From assembly GCA_043228905.1 (NCBI GenBank), contig JBHGNT010000005.1, positions 16,492,001 to 16,556,000 of the forward strand: a DNA stretch of 64,000 nt, given 5' to 3'. This document shows, in pieces, positions 35,301 through 50,300 of the stretch. The notes below the pieces were generated by a model. That model did no database searches, was not told the origin of the DNA, and was given only the letters and a program-made list of their open reading frames with translations. Every line of letters begins with the position of its first letter. The first letter of the stretch is position 1. The position numbers were made by a program, and so were the translations under genes. The stretch comes from Azolla caroliniana (Eukaryota > Plantae > Polypodiophyta).

Positions 35301-38300
35301 ATAAAGAATCTAAATATCTAAGAATTAAAAATTTGAGCTTAGATAGATTAAAGCTCCTGCCTTTGAAAATCTCCAACATTGATGACACCAAGATGATGAG
35401 ATCTTTGAAGCGAGGGTTTGGGTTTTATTTGTTCGTGACAAAGGTTATAAGGCTGTGGTTCAGATGGTCGTCAACTTGAATGGCACATTGCTACTGGTTG
35501 TATAACTCCTTTTGAGTCTCTTGGTCAAGACCCCACAGTTGGGATTAAAGGCCCTTAGGTTACTCCTATTAATCTAGGAAAACGATTTTATACAATTTAA
35601 TATTTTCTGATTTTTGTTAGAGTTGTACAATCTCGTTTTCAGAACTACATTACAACTTCTAAAAAAATATTTTGTACACTGAATAGGATCCTTGAACAAG
35701 ATTCCTGTTGGAGGGTGGCAGCTCTAGACCTGCACTCTCTTTCATCTTTATTATCTCTCTTCTACACTCTCTCTCTTCCGAAATGCCTTCTCTCTCTAAA
35801 AGGGTGCACAAGATACCCAAAATGCAAGCTTCATTCGACATACCCATTGATGTTGAAAAGGGGAAACATGATCTATTACGCCATTTGATTACGCAAGAGA
35901 TCAGTCTTATCAGATAGGAGAGAGAAAGAAAGAAAGAAAGAAAGAAGGATATATTAACGTCGTTTAAGAGGCCAAAATGGCATATAAGACAAAACAAGAG
36001 ATACAAAGAGCACTAAAAGAAGAAATGAAAAAGGAGATAGAAAAACAAAAAATAGAGTTGTATGCCTCTCTCAAGATTGAGTTATTAGAAGAGATGTGGA
36101 AAGACATAACAAGCTATGTCAAGAAATCAAACTTAGAGCTCAAGGATGACATGACACAATACCTGAAGGATGAAATATCCTCAAATAAGGTTGAATTAGT
36201 ATCTATAAAGGCTGATTTAGAAAAAGAACAAGAAGCTGTGGAAAAGTGCATCTCTATCGTTAAAGCTAGTGTCACTAAGGAAATGCAAACATGGCAGACA
36301 TGGCCAAAGAGGCCAAAGCTCAGGCTGAGCATGCCCAAAAAGAAATTAAAGCAAATGCACCTTGGATAGATGTAGTGAGAAAACAAAAAGGAACATCAGT
36401 GAATAGGATGGAAATGATGAATGCTACATTAGAAGAAGAAGCCAAGAGGAAAGCCCGTGTGTTGCATGTACGAGTGGTTGGTTGGACGGAAAAAGGAAGC
36501 CCACAAGAAGATGCCAAGAATCTCGGAACAAAGATTGGGGCATTAGATATTCCATTTGCTCCAACATGGAGGGTGGGAAGAGATGAGTCTAGAGCTAAAG
36601 CCCTTATTATATGCTTCATGGATATCGACAAGAAAAAAGCTTTCCTATCTAAAAGAAGGGCACTCAAGGGTGAGAAAATATACTTAGATGACAATCTCAC
36701 TCCAGCCCAAGTGGCACACCGCAAAGAAAACATGCCACAAGTGCTTGATGCAAGAAAGGAAGGCAAATGGTAAGGTCATTATTACAGAGAAGAGAACCAC
36801 ATGACAATATATGGTCTATGAGACCCTACGCATGACCATATGGAATTGCAACGGATCTGTATGGATAGATGTTAGATATTTTGAAGAGACCTTCAAAAAC
36901 ACAGATATTGCTATGTATACAGAGACCCATTAATGCATGGCTAGCAAACTCCTTGATGAACAAGGATATATACGGGAGTCAATATGTCGTCCCCAACCTC
37001 GGACACTGGGAGCACTAGAGGTTCGGGAGGAGTGGCTGTGTTATACAAAAAGGAGCTCCATGATAGAGTGCATGTTGTACATAAGAATGTAGATGCACGT
37101 TACATGTGGATACAAATCAAAAGAGGGGATCTTAGGGAGGTATATATATTGCAATTTGCTACTTTCTGCTTGCCTACTCAAGGTTTCCACCTATTGGTGA
37201 ATCACCATATCTACTATTATATGATGATATCATGAGATTTGCTACTATGGGGGACATAATACTATTAGGAGACTTTCATGCACAAACCAAGGATGAACTA
37301 ACAACAATGTTTGACGCCAACGAGGCTGTTTATGGAGAAGTTATGGCAAAAGAGGTTGGTCTAAAGCGCCAACCTCAAGATATGAGTGCTATAATTGAAT
37401 ATGGCAAACATTTTCTAGCCTTGGGAAGTGTGCATGGATTTGTGATATATAATGGATTGTCACAATGGCCAGGGTCAGATGCTTTAACATGTTGGAACCG
37501 AAAAGGAGGTGCAAGCACAATCGATTATCTAATGGGATCTCCATCTCTCATACCTGAAATAAAAGAGTTCACTCTATCTAGTCGACCTATTGGCTTGGCA
37601 GCAGATCATGCATATCTACGCTTCGAGATAAAGGATGGATGCACAAGGGATGTATATGCTAAGGAGAGTGAGCTGGCTGAGTATCAATTTACTTGCGAGA
37701 CAATTGATGTGTGTAGTTTTGGAGTATACAATGGCATACTAGATTTAGATCCTTTCGCACCCTTTGAGGAACTTACCCACGGACTGTCAAAATCATTGCA
37801 TAAAGCAGCCACAAATGCCTTTCCTCACAACGGCCAATCCCCCCCAAACTTAGTAGAGTAATACAAAATAGTTGGTATGATGAGGAATGTCGCGATACTA
37901 GGAAATGCTTGCAGTGTGAAGTAACTTGAGGCACTTATACACACAAACAAGCGAGAGCAACCTTTCAATGCCTCTTATGGAAGAAGAAAGAAAGAAAGAA
38001 AGAAAGAAAGATATATTAACGTCTTCTAAGGCCAAAATTGGCCCATGAGACAAATGGTTTACAACAAAAAATGGGATATTTACCCATTCATCGAAAGTAA
38101 AAAAAATAAAATAAAAAAAATAGAGTTTTAAGCTCAATAGTTCTAGTAAAATAAAATAACAAACATGTTCTACAATGAAAATGATGTTATACTAGGCCTA
38201 ATTTCATTTCCATCCAAGTCTCTCAAAGAGAAGCGGGAGGTCAAAGGGTTTCGATGTGGATATGGCCCGTGGCCCCAATGTAAAAGGTACCCCAACCATA

Positions 38301-41300
38301 GCCTCTAGTCGGCGTAGCTCATGTTCCCTTATCTTCTTAATCCTTTCTACTCCGTGTCGACTTGTTTTGAAGCCCAACATCCAAGGGCGTTTGGTTGTTC
38401 TTTGCGTTTCGGCTTCCTCAAGAGAGAGGCCGAGCGGCGTAAGTGTATCCACATTCATCGTCTCCCCTTGTTCCTGAAAAATTACACTAGTTACAAGTTG
38501 ATGAATAGTAAAAGGGTTATGGTTAACACTTCGTAATTTATTCTCCCTATGTTGTTTTAGCTCTAAGATATACCTACCTAGTCTCTTTACATCCGGGCTA
38601 TCTAATAGTTTGGAGAGGGTGGGAGAGGTTCCTAATATGTCTTGGTATTCCACTCATATCTCGGCATAAGTTGGGCACTTGCATGTGAAGTGATACTCAT
38701 CCTCTATCTCTATGTGGCACAACCTACATAGCCTTTCCTCCCTAGGGACTCTAATAGCCTGACCATTCTCAATCTCAAGTTGGTGAGATGATATCCTAAG
38801 TTGTCCAATGGCCACCCTTAGTGCATTTGATAAGAATGTATCTAGATATCTTGGTCGTGTAATAAAACCTAATTGAGAGAAGTGCAAGAAGTGTTCCTTA
38901 TAGTACAACATTTTAGATGGGAGTGACTCTCGTGGGGTGATCCATTTATATCGAGTGTAAATTTGCCATATTTCTTGGCGTATCACTTTATTACGGTCTT
39001 CATGAGATATTAGAGTTTGGTCAGTCCCATGGTTGTACTTAAGGGGGGGTAGGTTATTAATGTCTATGTCGTTTGCAAGTAACTAACTCACCACAGTGTT
39101 ATACCAAGAGCTAGTGTCTCCAGACGCATGTAGGGATCGAGATGCCTCAAAGGCTCGATGGGATATCCTATCTTGTGGTTGGCTATGTATCCGATGAATA
39201 AAAACTACCACTTGAAATAGTGCTTTTACTAACATCGGGGGCAGATTGAACTCTGCTCTAATAATGTCATGTGGTACTGTTGATTTGCTTCGGAGTTGAC
39301 GTGATAACATCGTCACAAAGGTCTCTCTAATTGCGTCCACATGAAAGATGGTAGACCTGGAGCCCATACTACTGATGCATACATGAGGGAAGGGGTCACT
39401 AATGAGTCGAAGAGCCTCTTTTGTAAAGACTTTATTTTTTGCTGCTAGTTGAAAACAGACTCTACTCTTTGCAACTATTTTTGCTACTACTATGTAACAG
39501 CCTTCTCACAGCTTGGCTGTGTCTATTTTTTCTATCAACTATTCTGCGGCTGCTATTAACAACTTTTCTTAGTGTCATCCTTATGGTGGAATACTGTAAC
39601 TTTGGTAAATAAAATCTTGTATTTGTAATTTAATAAAGCTATTTTTATCATATAGTATTTCAATTCTTCTTTAATCCTATACTATCTGCATCTGTTGTTT
39701 GTGCTTGTCTCTCTCCCTTTCTTTTACAAACTCTCCTAATTCATAACCCGGGTGCTTCGACGTATTGATCATGAGGTAGGTAGGATACCATTGCCTCTTT
39801 CACAATATGATAGACTCTAAAAACCAATGATGGTTGGGACTGTTCTTGTTATCAAAGACACCAAAGAGGCTACAAAACCACATCAGTCAAGAACCCTCAC
39901 AACCTTCTTCAGTACCATCACCTCTCTGTGCTATCTTATAAGTCAATAAATGAAGCACAAATAGAGTTTCATCCACATCGTTCAGGCTGGGTTACGAGAG
40001 ATCATGCAATAATAATGTTTTCGTGCATGTTGGCAATATATAACTTTTTGTCTCGTACAATTTACTCCTTGAAGGCATTCCTGTATGCAGTTAATTTGTA
40101 AGACCAGAATATTCTAGACCATAAATTGTTATAAGTAAATTGATGTGTGGACACAAATGTGTAAATATAAAAATATGATATGATGCAAGTTTTTCCTATA
40201 TAATAATGCAGTCGGTTATGCAATTCTTTTACATTTACAAAATTTTACTTCTAACTTTTACAGATTAAAGGAAAAGGTGGGGGTTATGTAAATAATCTTG
40301 CAGTGACATGTGTTCGAAGTGGACAAAGCAAAGCCTTTCGAGTTTTACAAAAGCCTGAAAGGGCTCCAGTTAGGTTTCTTCGAACATCTCCTTCTGGCAG
40401 GTTTATCTCATATGTCCTATAATATGTGCTTGGACTTTCACATTCTAGTTTTTAATGCTGCTATTGAGTTCAGTACTTCAATTCAAACTCTAAAGTAAAA
40501 TTCTAAAAATGAACGAACAAATTCAAAATGTTAAAAGTAGTCTGATTGCAGATATAGCAGACCAGGGGCATGAAGATAATAATGTTGATTACTCTAAAAA
40601 AATGACAGATTAGGGATTCAATGAGTCATTGAATTTGAAAAAGTATTGGTTGTGGAAAGAATCGGTTAGCTCTCTCATCCACACTTGGAAACTGCTTAGC
40701 ATGAAATGTGGGGATGAACAATCTGTTGTGTTGGCATCCTGGCATAACTTTACATTTTTTGTCATTAAGCATGCACTGAGAAGATGTTAAGCATCCATCA
40801 AGCCCAAGCATTCTCAAGGTCACATGTGTACTCATCCTTCGTGGAACATCTTAACACTGCATGTATGCTACGCTATTTCGAAGGAACAATACCTCTGACA
40901 GTTGTCTGATTCTAGGAGATTATTTGCAGTTCTGTTCTGGCTGTGGATTTATAGACGATCTAGGATGAACTTTGTTTTCCATGAATAGTAGTTCAAATTT
41001 GCAAAATTTAAATTGGACAATCTTATTTGAAGTCACTTTAAATCTTAAAGTGGTATTATATGGCGATATTACTGTTTGTTTCAAAGAATCAAAATTAATG
41101 ATAAGGATTCTGTAGCAAAGATTTCTATCTGTTTATTTTCTTAGGTACTTACTGATTTTATTTCGTGAAGCTCCTGCAGAGGTGTGGGCAATGACCAAAA
41201 ATCCTCAAATGGTGAGATTCCCTCTGGTTTGCACCATTAATTGGACCTTTATATACTCTGTGATGGATTTTCGTATTTTTATTGAATGCTGCTTTTGATT

Positions 41301-44300
41301 TTCTTTATATAAAGATTTCTTGAATGATCTTCCTGCTTCTGGATACAGCTTCGTTCTTTGGCCCTTCCTTTCACAGTGATGGAATGGGCTTTGCCTCCGG
41401 CACCCAAGGTTAACACATCTTCACAACATTCTTCCACTTGGAAACCTTCTCCTTTTTACAAAGACAAGTCTGTAATAACTTCAACAACTGCTTCTGTCAA
41501 TGTACCTTCTCTTGCATCTCCACGGTTGTCTGACCCAGGTACAGTACCATATATTCATTCTGGTCATGACTGAGGACCACCACAGGATGTCATCAATCAT
41601 GAGGTTCAATTGATTCATTTTTGTATTTGTTATTTGTAAAGGTCCTGGACTTAACATAGACAATTCACAAGATGAATCAGCAGAAAGTTTTGCATTTGCT
41701 CTCGTAAATGGATCACTTGGAGTATTTGAATTACGAGGCAGAAGGGTTCGTGATTTCAGGTTTTCCCCTATATCTTCAGATGTCAGCTGGATCTGCTTGT
41801 GGAAAATGTGTTTACTTGAGATTAAGTACTGTGTCAGAATTTTAATTCTTGTTTTTTGGCACCAGACCCAAATGGCCCTCAGCATCTTTTGTCTCAGCAG
41901 ATGTCCTAGTGACAGCCATGGCATACAGGACACCGCATGTGGTATACTAGTTTTCCTGCTTAACATCAAAATGTCAAAATGTTTCTGGTTGACAAATACA
42001 ATCTTGGATGGTTGATGTTTTATAGGTGATGGGTGATAGGTCAGGAAATATAAGATGGTGGGATGTGACCAGTGGGATGTCTTCAACTTTTAATAGTCAT
42101 CGTGGTGGGGTGAGGAGAATAAAGTTTGCTCCAGTTGCTCCAGGGGATCAAACAAGAGGTCGTGTTGCAGTTTTGTTCAATGATCATACCTTTGCTATAT
42201 ATGACCTTGTAAGTTAATTGTTATGTGAAGATAACTCTTGTGAGTATGTGTGATAAAAGAAAATAACCCTTTTCCAAATGTTTTCAGAATGAACCTAAAA
42301 TAGCAATGTAACATGTTATGTCTCATTCAGAAGAAAGAAATGAAGTAAATTCAAATTATTAATTATTATATAGAGTATAAGAACCTGGTTGTATGATGTT
42401 AAGTGATGCCATCACAGGGTTCTCTTTCCTGTTCACATTCCTAGTGACTTTGATGCAAATTGTATCAGAGTTCTATAAATGACAAAGTTGTAAACATCAA
42501 TCTAAAATTGAAATAATAATCTCAACTGGTTAAGATGTACTATTCATCATTATGAGATCTACCAGTGGGTATCAGCCACTTCTGTTTCAGTGTAGTCAAG
42601 ATGTTTAATCTAAGGGATGCCATAGTTATATTTGTGTCATGGCTGTATGTCCGTTAGTTCCTTACTATCTACAGTTCTGGTTTGCAGAATACTCAAGATC
42701 CCCTAAAAAATGCAATTGTTCAATCTCAAATTGGTGGAATCTTGGTTTCTGAACTTGATTGGTTCCCTTTACGCTTTGCTGATAGTGACATCATGCTACT
42801 ATGCATTGCAGGCGCCGATGGAAGTTTCCGACTACTTGAGGTCAATATGTATGGTTTCATATTTCTTTAGCTCGTAATTAGCATTTTCTTGGTTAGATAT
42901 CTACAACACTTTTACTGCCACACATATTCATATACTAGTTTATAGTTAGGAGCTTACAAACTGTACATGAATCAATAAACAACATTAAACTTCAGAATGT
43001 GGTGTTGTAAATTTCCAACTACATTTTCTAAAGATAAGAAAGGATCGCTACGCCAAAAGGCATAATACCTTATTTGGGGGGGAGGGGATATCCTTAACTC
43101 ATCATCTGAACAATTATTCTAGAATGTTGAAAGCTGTAATAAATTCTTTTAATCTCAACTTTCACCAAGTGCCCAAGAATTTATTTTGAAAATCATTGGT
43201 GGTACAATAAAGCATTCTTTGATTGGTGTTGTACAAAAAGATGAAATGGATAAATTTCCGTCAAGAACTATTCAGAAATTGCTTCTAGAATGTTCGGCAT
43301 GCACACACTGCTTCTGGGTATTAGGCCCTCTTTCACATGAAATAGCCATCGGTTAAGAGCAGAGTTCCGCAGGGTTGGTGGTGTCAGTGGGTGTTGAAAG
43401 CATGGTGTTCAGCCGTATTCACGTTGTTGTATACAGTCTAGATTTTGTTGCAAATAAATTTAACTTTCTCTGTGAGAACCCTGCCATGCTATTTACAGTG
43501 CCCCTTGTATGGGCATCCATGCCCTGCCCATGCTGCCAGCATGGAGTTGATTGTGCTGACTCATATATTACTACACATGTCTATTTTACTGTAAATTGTA
43601 GAACCAATAACTCCCTTCGTGATAGGTCTTAATAGAAAAATGAGAAAGCACATTTGTTCAATAATATACATTGGTATGTCACAACAGGAGGGAGAAAATA
43701 CAGAGATCGCTCATATTTACATGAGGAGAAACTTCCTCTTTATACAGGCCAAGATCTGGCCGTTGGGCTAACTAGCTGTTGGGATAGCCGTTATAACCTT
43801 TAATCATTCTCAACACTCCCCCTCAAGATGGGTGAAAAATATCCACTAAGCCCATCTTGTCACACAGTCTAGTAAGACTTACTGGCCCAAGTCCCTTTGT
43901 AAGGCAATCTGCTACTTTATGTTCAGTAGAAACATGACTCAATTTTAATTTCCATTATCAAGCTTCTCCTTGATAAAGAATCTGTCAATTTCGATGTGCT
44001 TGGTCCTATCATGCTGTACCAGATTGTTGGCAATGCTGATTGCTGACTTATTGTGACACCACAACATCATCTGATTTTCTTGATTCACCTTTAATTTTAC
44101 TAGGAGAGTTCTTAGCCAAAACATCTCCGCAACTTCTACAGCAATAGCTCTATACTCTGCTTCTGCTGTTGACCTTGCTACTACTGACTATTTCTTACTC
44201 TTCCAAGAGACCAGATTGCCCCCAACAAACATGCAATATCCTGATGTGGATTTCCTATCATCAGCACAACTGGCCCAATCAGAATCTCAATAGCCCTCAA

Positions 44301-47300
44301 TGTTAAAATGGCCATGTTTTCTAAAGATAAATCCTTTCCCAGGGGCACCTTTGAGATATCTCAGAATATGGTACACTGCATCCATATGATCTTTCCTCGG
44401 ATCATGCATGTAGAGACGTACCACACTTACTGCAAATGAAATATCTGGACGGATGTGAGTCAAATAAATCAGCCGACCTACCAATCTTTGATACCTTTCA
44501 CGATCAACTTTCTCTCATGCAAGTTCAGTTAGGTTGATCTTTTGGTTGATTGGAGAAGCTATGGGCCTACAACCCAACATTCCAGTTTCTGTGAGAAGAT
44601 CTAATATATATTTTCCCTGAGATAGAACAACTGCTGCTGCTCCACGAGCTACCTCAATTCCAAGAAAGTATTGCAGCAATCCTAGATCCTTCACCTCAAA
44701 CTCTTTACCCAATTGCACCTTCAGTTGGGTAATTTCTCCTTCATCGTTATGCATGATAATTATATCATCCACATACACAACAAGTAATGTAGTATGCTCC
44801 TTGTGTTGTCGGAAAAACACTGTATGGTCTGCATTGGTCTGTTGGTACCCCATACCCACCATAGCCCTTCTTAACTTGTCAAACCAGGCTCGAGGAGATT
44901 GTTTTAGTCCATAAAGCGAATTTCTTAGTTTGCAGACCTTACCTATTGTTTGAATTGTACCAAAACCTAGGGGGATATCCAGGTACACTTCCTCCATCAA
45001 CTCTCCATGAAGGAATGCATTTTTTACATCTAATTGATGTAATTTCCAATCCTGATTCATTGCTAAGGAAATAAGTATTCTAATAGTGCTCATCTTCGCT
45101 ACAGGTGCAAAAGTCTCATCGTAATCAATGCCATATGTCTGACTATATGCCTTAGCCACTAATCGTGCTTTGTATCGATCTATTTTTCCCTTTGGGATCT
45201 GTTTTATTGTAAACACCCATTTGCACCCAACCGCTTTCTTTCCTGGTGGTAGTGACACAATCTCCCAAGTTTTGTTCTTCTCAAGAGCTCCGAGTTCTTC
45301 TTGAATGGCTGCTTTACACTTTGGATCTTCTTTAGCAACCTGCCAACACTTGGGTAAAGTGACAGAGTCTAATGATGCAATGAATGCTCTATGTGTAGCT
45401 AATATGTTAGAATAAGAGATAAACTGAACAATATCATGAGGAAACCCATAACGATCAGGAGGGACTCCTGCATTGCTGTGAGAGGTCCTCCTAACCTGTA
45501 CAGGAGAAGGAGAGGAAATCATATCACCTGTGATTTCTGGGTTTGGGAGTTCTATAGGTATTTCAGAAGTCGAGGCAGGTCGGGACATGGAACTTGATGG
45601 CACAAGTGGCACTGAATACATGTTCATATTTCCTTCCTTCTACCTCCTCTTCAGCTTATACACCTTTAGCTCCCCCTCAGCTTGATTCCCAACACATATA
45701 GGTTCCTTGTCTTCTTTTCCTTCTTCTTCCTTATCTCCTACGCTCACTTGTTTCTCAGCTGATGAGGGATCAACACAGGAATTGATCCTATTTTTAGCAA
45801 CCTCTCACCATTATCTCCTTCCCTCGTATTTTCAGTCTCAATTAAGTCATCAAAGGGTGAAGTTACCTCTTGTTTATAATATGGCTCCGACTCTCTGATA
45901 TGCACATCCATGCTCACAAATAATCTCTTCTCTACTGGACTTTAACAAATATAGCCTTTTTGTGTGGAAGAGTATCCCACCAATACAAATTTCACAACTT
46001 AGGATCAAGTTTTCCTACAGATGGTCTACTGTCCTTTACAAAACACACACATCCAAACACCTTCAAAGGAAGGATTCCAGAGTTATTCCCTTGCAACAAC
46101 TCCACTCCAATACTCTAGAGGGCATTCTATTGATCAATGCGGCAACCGCCAAAACTGCTTGTCCCCATAGCTGCTTTGGGACATTCATAGAAATTATCAT
46201 GCTTCTTGTCACCTCTAGAAGATGTCTATTCTTCCTCTCTGCTACTCCATTTTGTGCTGGTGTATATGGGCATGTAGTTTGATGTTGTATTCCTTGATCT
46301 GAGAGGTATGCCCTAAACGTAATGTTGACATACTTTGTTCCATTATCAGACCTCAACACTATTACTACTGCACCATATTGAGTTTGAATTGCTCTATGAA
46401 AATCTTTAAACCAAGCAAATATTTCATTCTTTTTTCTCATAAAATATAACCAAGTCACACGAGAGAAGCAGTAAATGAAAGAGACAAAATATCTATATCC
46501 ATTAATAGAACTTGTGGAACACAGTCCCCAAACATCGGAGTGTATTACATCAAATGCATGGGAACTCCTATGACCTGAACTAACATATGAGCTTTTAGTA
46601 AGCTTACCAAATTCACATGTATCACAAACAAGTTTTGTTTTATTAGCCTTTTCAAAAAGGTGTGGATACACCCAACTCAAAACGCCATAAGAGGTATGTC
46701 CCATATGTTGGTGGTAAAGTATCAACAAGTCCTCATAACTCATTTTAGATCCCCTTACATCTGTTCCCTACATCTGTTCCCTCTACCATAGATGCTAATG
46801 CTGAATCCAGCCCTTCACGGTCCAAATACCATAGTCCACTATGCCATGTGCCAGTCCCAAGTCTCCGACGTGTCCCTTTCTCCTGGAATAACACCTTGGG
46901 AATATCAAAATAAACAACATATTTTAGTTGGAGTATGATAGAACTTATGGATAATAGGTTTATTGCGAAAGGAGCATGCAACACATTAGACAATGTCACG
47001 GAGTCCGTACATTTCACTGTACCTATACAAACTATAGGTTGTGTTGTACCGTCAACATTTTGAATGCACTAGCATTACCCGTCACATAGAGTATTTGTGT
47101 CGCTAGTACTTGTGGCCGAATAAGCATAGGTGGCAACATTACCTCCTTACATGAATGAAGTATCATCTGCGGCTCTTTGCTTTCTCCTAAGTATTTCTAA
47201 GAGAGCTTGATCCTCTTCGGTGAAGACCACCTTAGTTCCTTCCTCTTCTTCTACTACCATCAAGTTTGCCTGGTGACGTCCTCTTCTACCTCTTCGGCCC

Positions 47301-50300
47301 CCTCGATCACGACGTCTAGTTTCTCCACGTCCTCCATATTCTCTCTCCTTAGATGGTTTAGGGCAAGCATTCTTTAAATGACCAGCTTCACCACAATTGT
47401 AGCATTTTTGATTTTCACTTCCGCTTGAATTTGACACCATTAGTGCCGATCGTACCCCTGGAAGTCCGGTGGTGTCAAAGAGCAACTTCATTCTACTCTC
47501 CTCTTGTATCATAGTCACAATTGCCTCATCAAGTGCGGGAATTTCAACCTTGGCTAGAAGAACTGCCCTTCTATGATCAAACGACGGGTTGAGATGTTTC
47601 AAAAATTGCATGGTTCTTCTTTTAGCAGAAACCTCCTTGCTCTTACATTGAGGATCATTGCACACTGTCATAGGCGAGAAATGATCATATTCTGCCCATA
47701 AACGCTCCAGTTCTATGGCATATTCCTGAATCGTCCTATCTCCATGCCAGACGGCATCTATTTCCTGCTGATTGGAAATACTCTGATGTTATTTCCCCTC
47801 CTAGCATACGTCTTTGCAATTTCTCCCAAATCTCCTTCACACTTAAAATTCCATCAACAGTTGTGGCGATTGATGGAACCATGGAATTGAGAAGCCACGT
47901 ATACAAAGACATTGGGGTAGCTCTCCATGTTTTCATTCACTACTCGTTTTAACAAGAGGTTCTTTCTCTTCTCCCGTTAGGTAGCCGTCTGTCGAACACA
48001 GTGCTCGGCCACAACCGAGGAATAGGATCAACTCACAGAAAACAGGAAATACAAAATGCACGAAGACAATAGAGAGAAGAGTACACAGGATGTTTTACGT
48101 GGAAAACCCTAAATGGGAAAAAACCACGGGAGTCCTCAAACTCCAACTATCACTATAAACAGAGATGTACAATGGTGAAGCTACAAGGCAACAACCTTGA
48201 GCTCACTGTCTTCGCCACAGGCGGCGGTAATACACAGAGGCAACGACCTCTTCATCTCTCTCTCTCTCTCTCACTCTCTCTCTCGGCTGCACACTTAGCT
48301 TCCTCTAAGTGGAAAACCAGAAAAAATAAGTAACAGCTACAAAACTGTTTGCCCTAAGTCATATTTATACACATATGACTTTCGGGCTATTTACAAATAT
48401 AGCCTCAAGGGCCCTTGGCAAACATATTCACAAATATGTCCCCGCATCCGGATCTCTCTCGGGGTACATTCGTCATCCGGCTCCGTAACCGGGGTCTTCA
48501 TCATCCGGCTCCGTAGCCGGGGTCTTCATCATCCGATTCTCGGACATCCGACCATCCCATCCGGAGGGACCGTAATCCCAACAAACTCCCCCTTCACTTC
48601 GGCATGGGATGTCTTTCCAGTCCGACCCTCTTCCGGCACGCTTCCAGCTTGTCGGGTGTGAGCACTTTGGTCAACATATCTGACCCGTTCTCATCCGTGA
48701 GGATCTTCGTCAGCACGAACTCCTGGTCTTCTATCCTTTCCCGGATCCAGTGATATCTTCGCTGGATGTGCTTCGTCCGGGAGTGATAGGCCGCGTTCTT
48801 CGCAAGGTGGATGGCACTCTGACTGTCGCAGTAGAGTCGGTACTCCTCCTGCCGGATACCGAGCTCTCTAATGAAGTCCTTCATCCATATTATTTCCTTG
48901 CCGGCTTCAACAGCCGCCATGTACTCCGCCTCCGTGGTTGACAACGCAACCGTCTTCTGCAGCCTCGACTGCCACGAAACAGCTCCCCCTGCATACGTCA
49001 TCACATACCCTGATGTGGACCGGCTGGTATCTGCATCAGCCGACATATCCGAATCGGTAAAGCCGTCGAGTTCGGGCTTACCGGAGCCGAATCGGAGGCA
49101 CACGTTTGCCGTGCCCTTCAGGTATCGGAGTATCCACTTGGCCGCGTTCCAGTGCTCTTTGTCGGGATTGCTCATGTACCGGCTCACCACTCCGACTGCA
49201 TATCCTATGTCCGGTCTTGTACACACCATTGCGTACATCAAGCTTCCGACGGCAGAGGCATATGGTACTTTCATCATGTCCTCCTTCTCAGCCTTTGTCT
49301 TGGGGCTTTGCTTGCTGGACAACTTGTAGTTTGCCGGGAGGGTTGACCCGACCGGTCTTGCTTCCGACATGTTGAACCGGTGAAGCACCTTTGTCACGTA
49401 CTTCTCCTGTGACAGCCACAACTGCTTCTTCTTCCGGTCCCGGATGATGTGCATCCCTAGTATTTGCCTTGCCGGACCCAGGTCCTTCATTGAGAAGGTT
49501 CGGTGAAGCGCTTTCTTCAGCATCTGTATCTTGACCTGGTCCCGTTCGACGATCAACATGCCGTCCACGTACAGGAGGAGTATTAGAAAGTCTCCTCCTT
49601 CGAACTTCTTCACAAACACGCAGTGATCGGACTGCGTTTTGTGGTACCCTTCGTCGGTCATGAAAGAGTCGAACTTCCGGTACCACTGCCGGGGAGCCTG
49701 CTTTAGTCCGTAAAGGCTCTTCTTCAACCGGCATACCAGGTGCTCCTTCCCTTTCTTCTCGAATCCTTCCGGTTGCTGCATGTAGATCTCTTCTTCGAGG
49801 TCACCGTGAAGGAATGCCGTCTTCACGTCCATCTGTTCTACCTCGAGGTCCATGCTTGCCGCTATGCTCAGCACCGTCCGGATGGAGGTCATCTTCACTA
49901 CCGGGGCAAATATCTCGTCGAAGTCGACGCCCTTCTTCTGCTGGAACCCCTTCACCACGATCCTGGCTTTGTATCTCGGGGGGTTTTCGGCATCTCCCGG
50001 TTTCAGCTTGAACACCCACTTGTTTCGAAGTGCCCGCTTTCCTTTCGGCAACTCCACAAGTTCATATGTGTGGTTCTCATGCAGGGAATCCATCTCCTCC
50101 TGCATGGCACTTAACCACCTGCGGCTATGGGCGTCAAGCTTTGCTTCTTCAAAACTCTCCGGCTCCCCCTCGTCGGTTAGCAGCACGTGCTCTGGTTCCG
50201 GAAATCTCCGGGGGGCCCTTCTCTCTCTTAGAGGATATCTCCGTTCCGGAGCTTCGGTAACCGGCTCCTCCGTTTCCTCTTCATCCGAATCCATTTCGGG

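Noticed and set aside
37970-39420. GCCTCTT as the TSD of the minus-strand LINE
   Set aside because: The right-hand copy overlaps LINE coding sequence (RLFDS) and the left copy is offset from the tail; this is probably chance.
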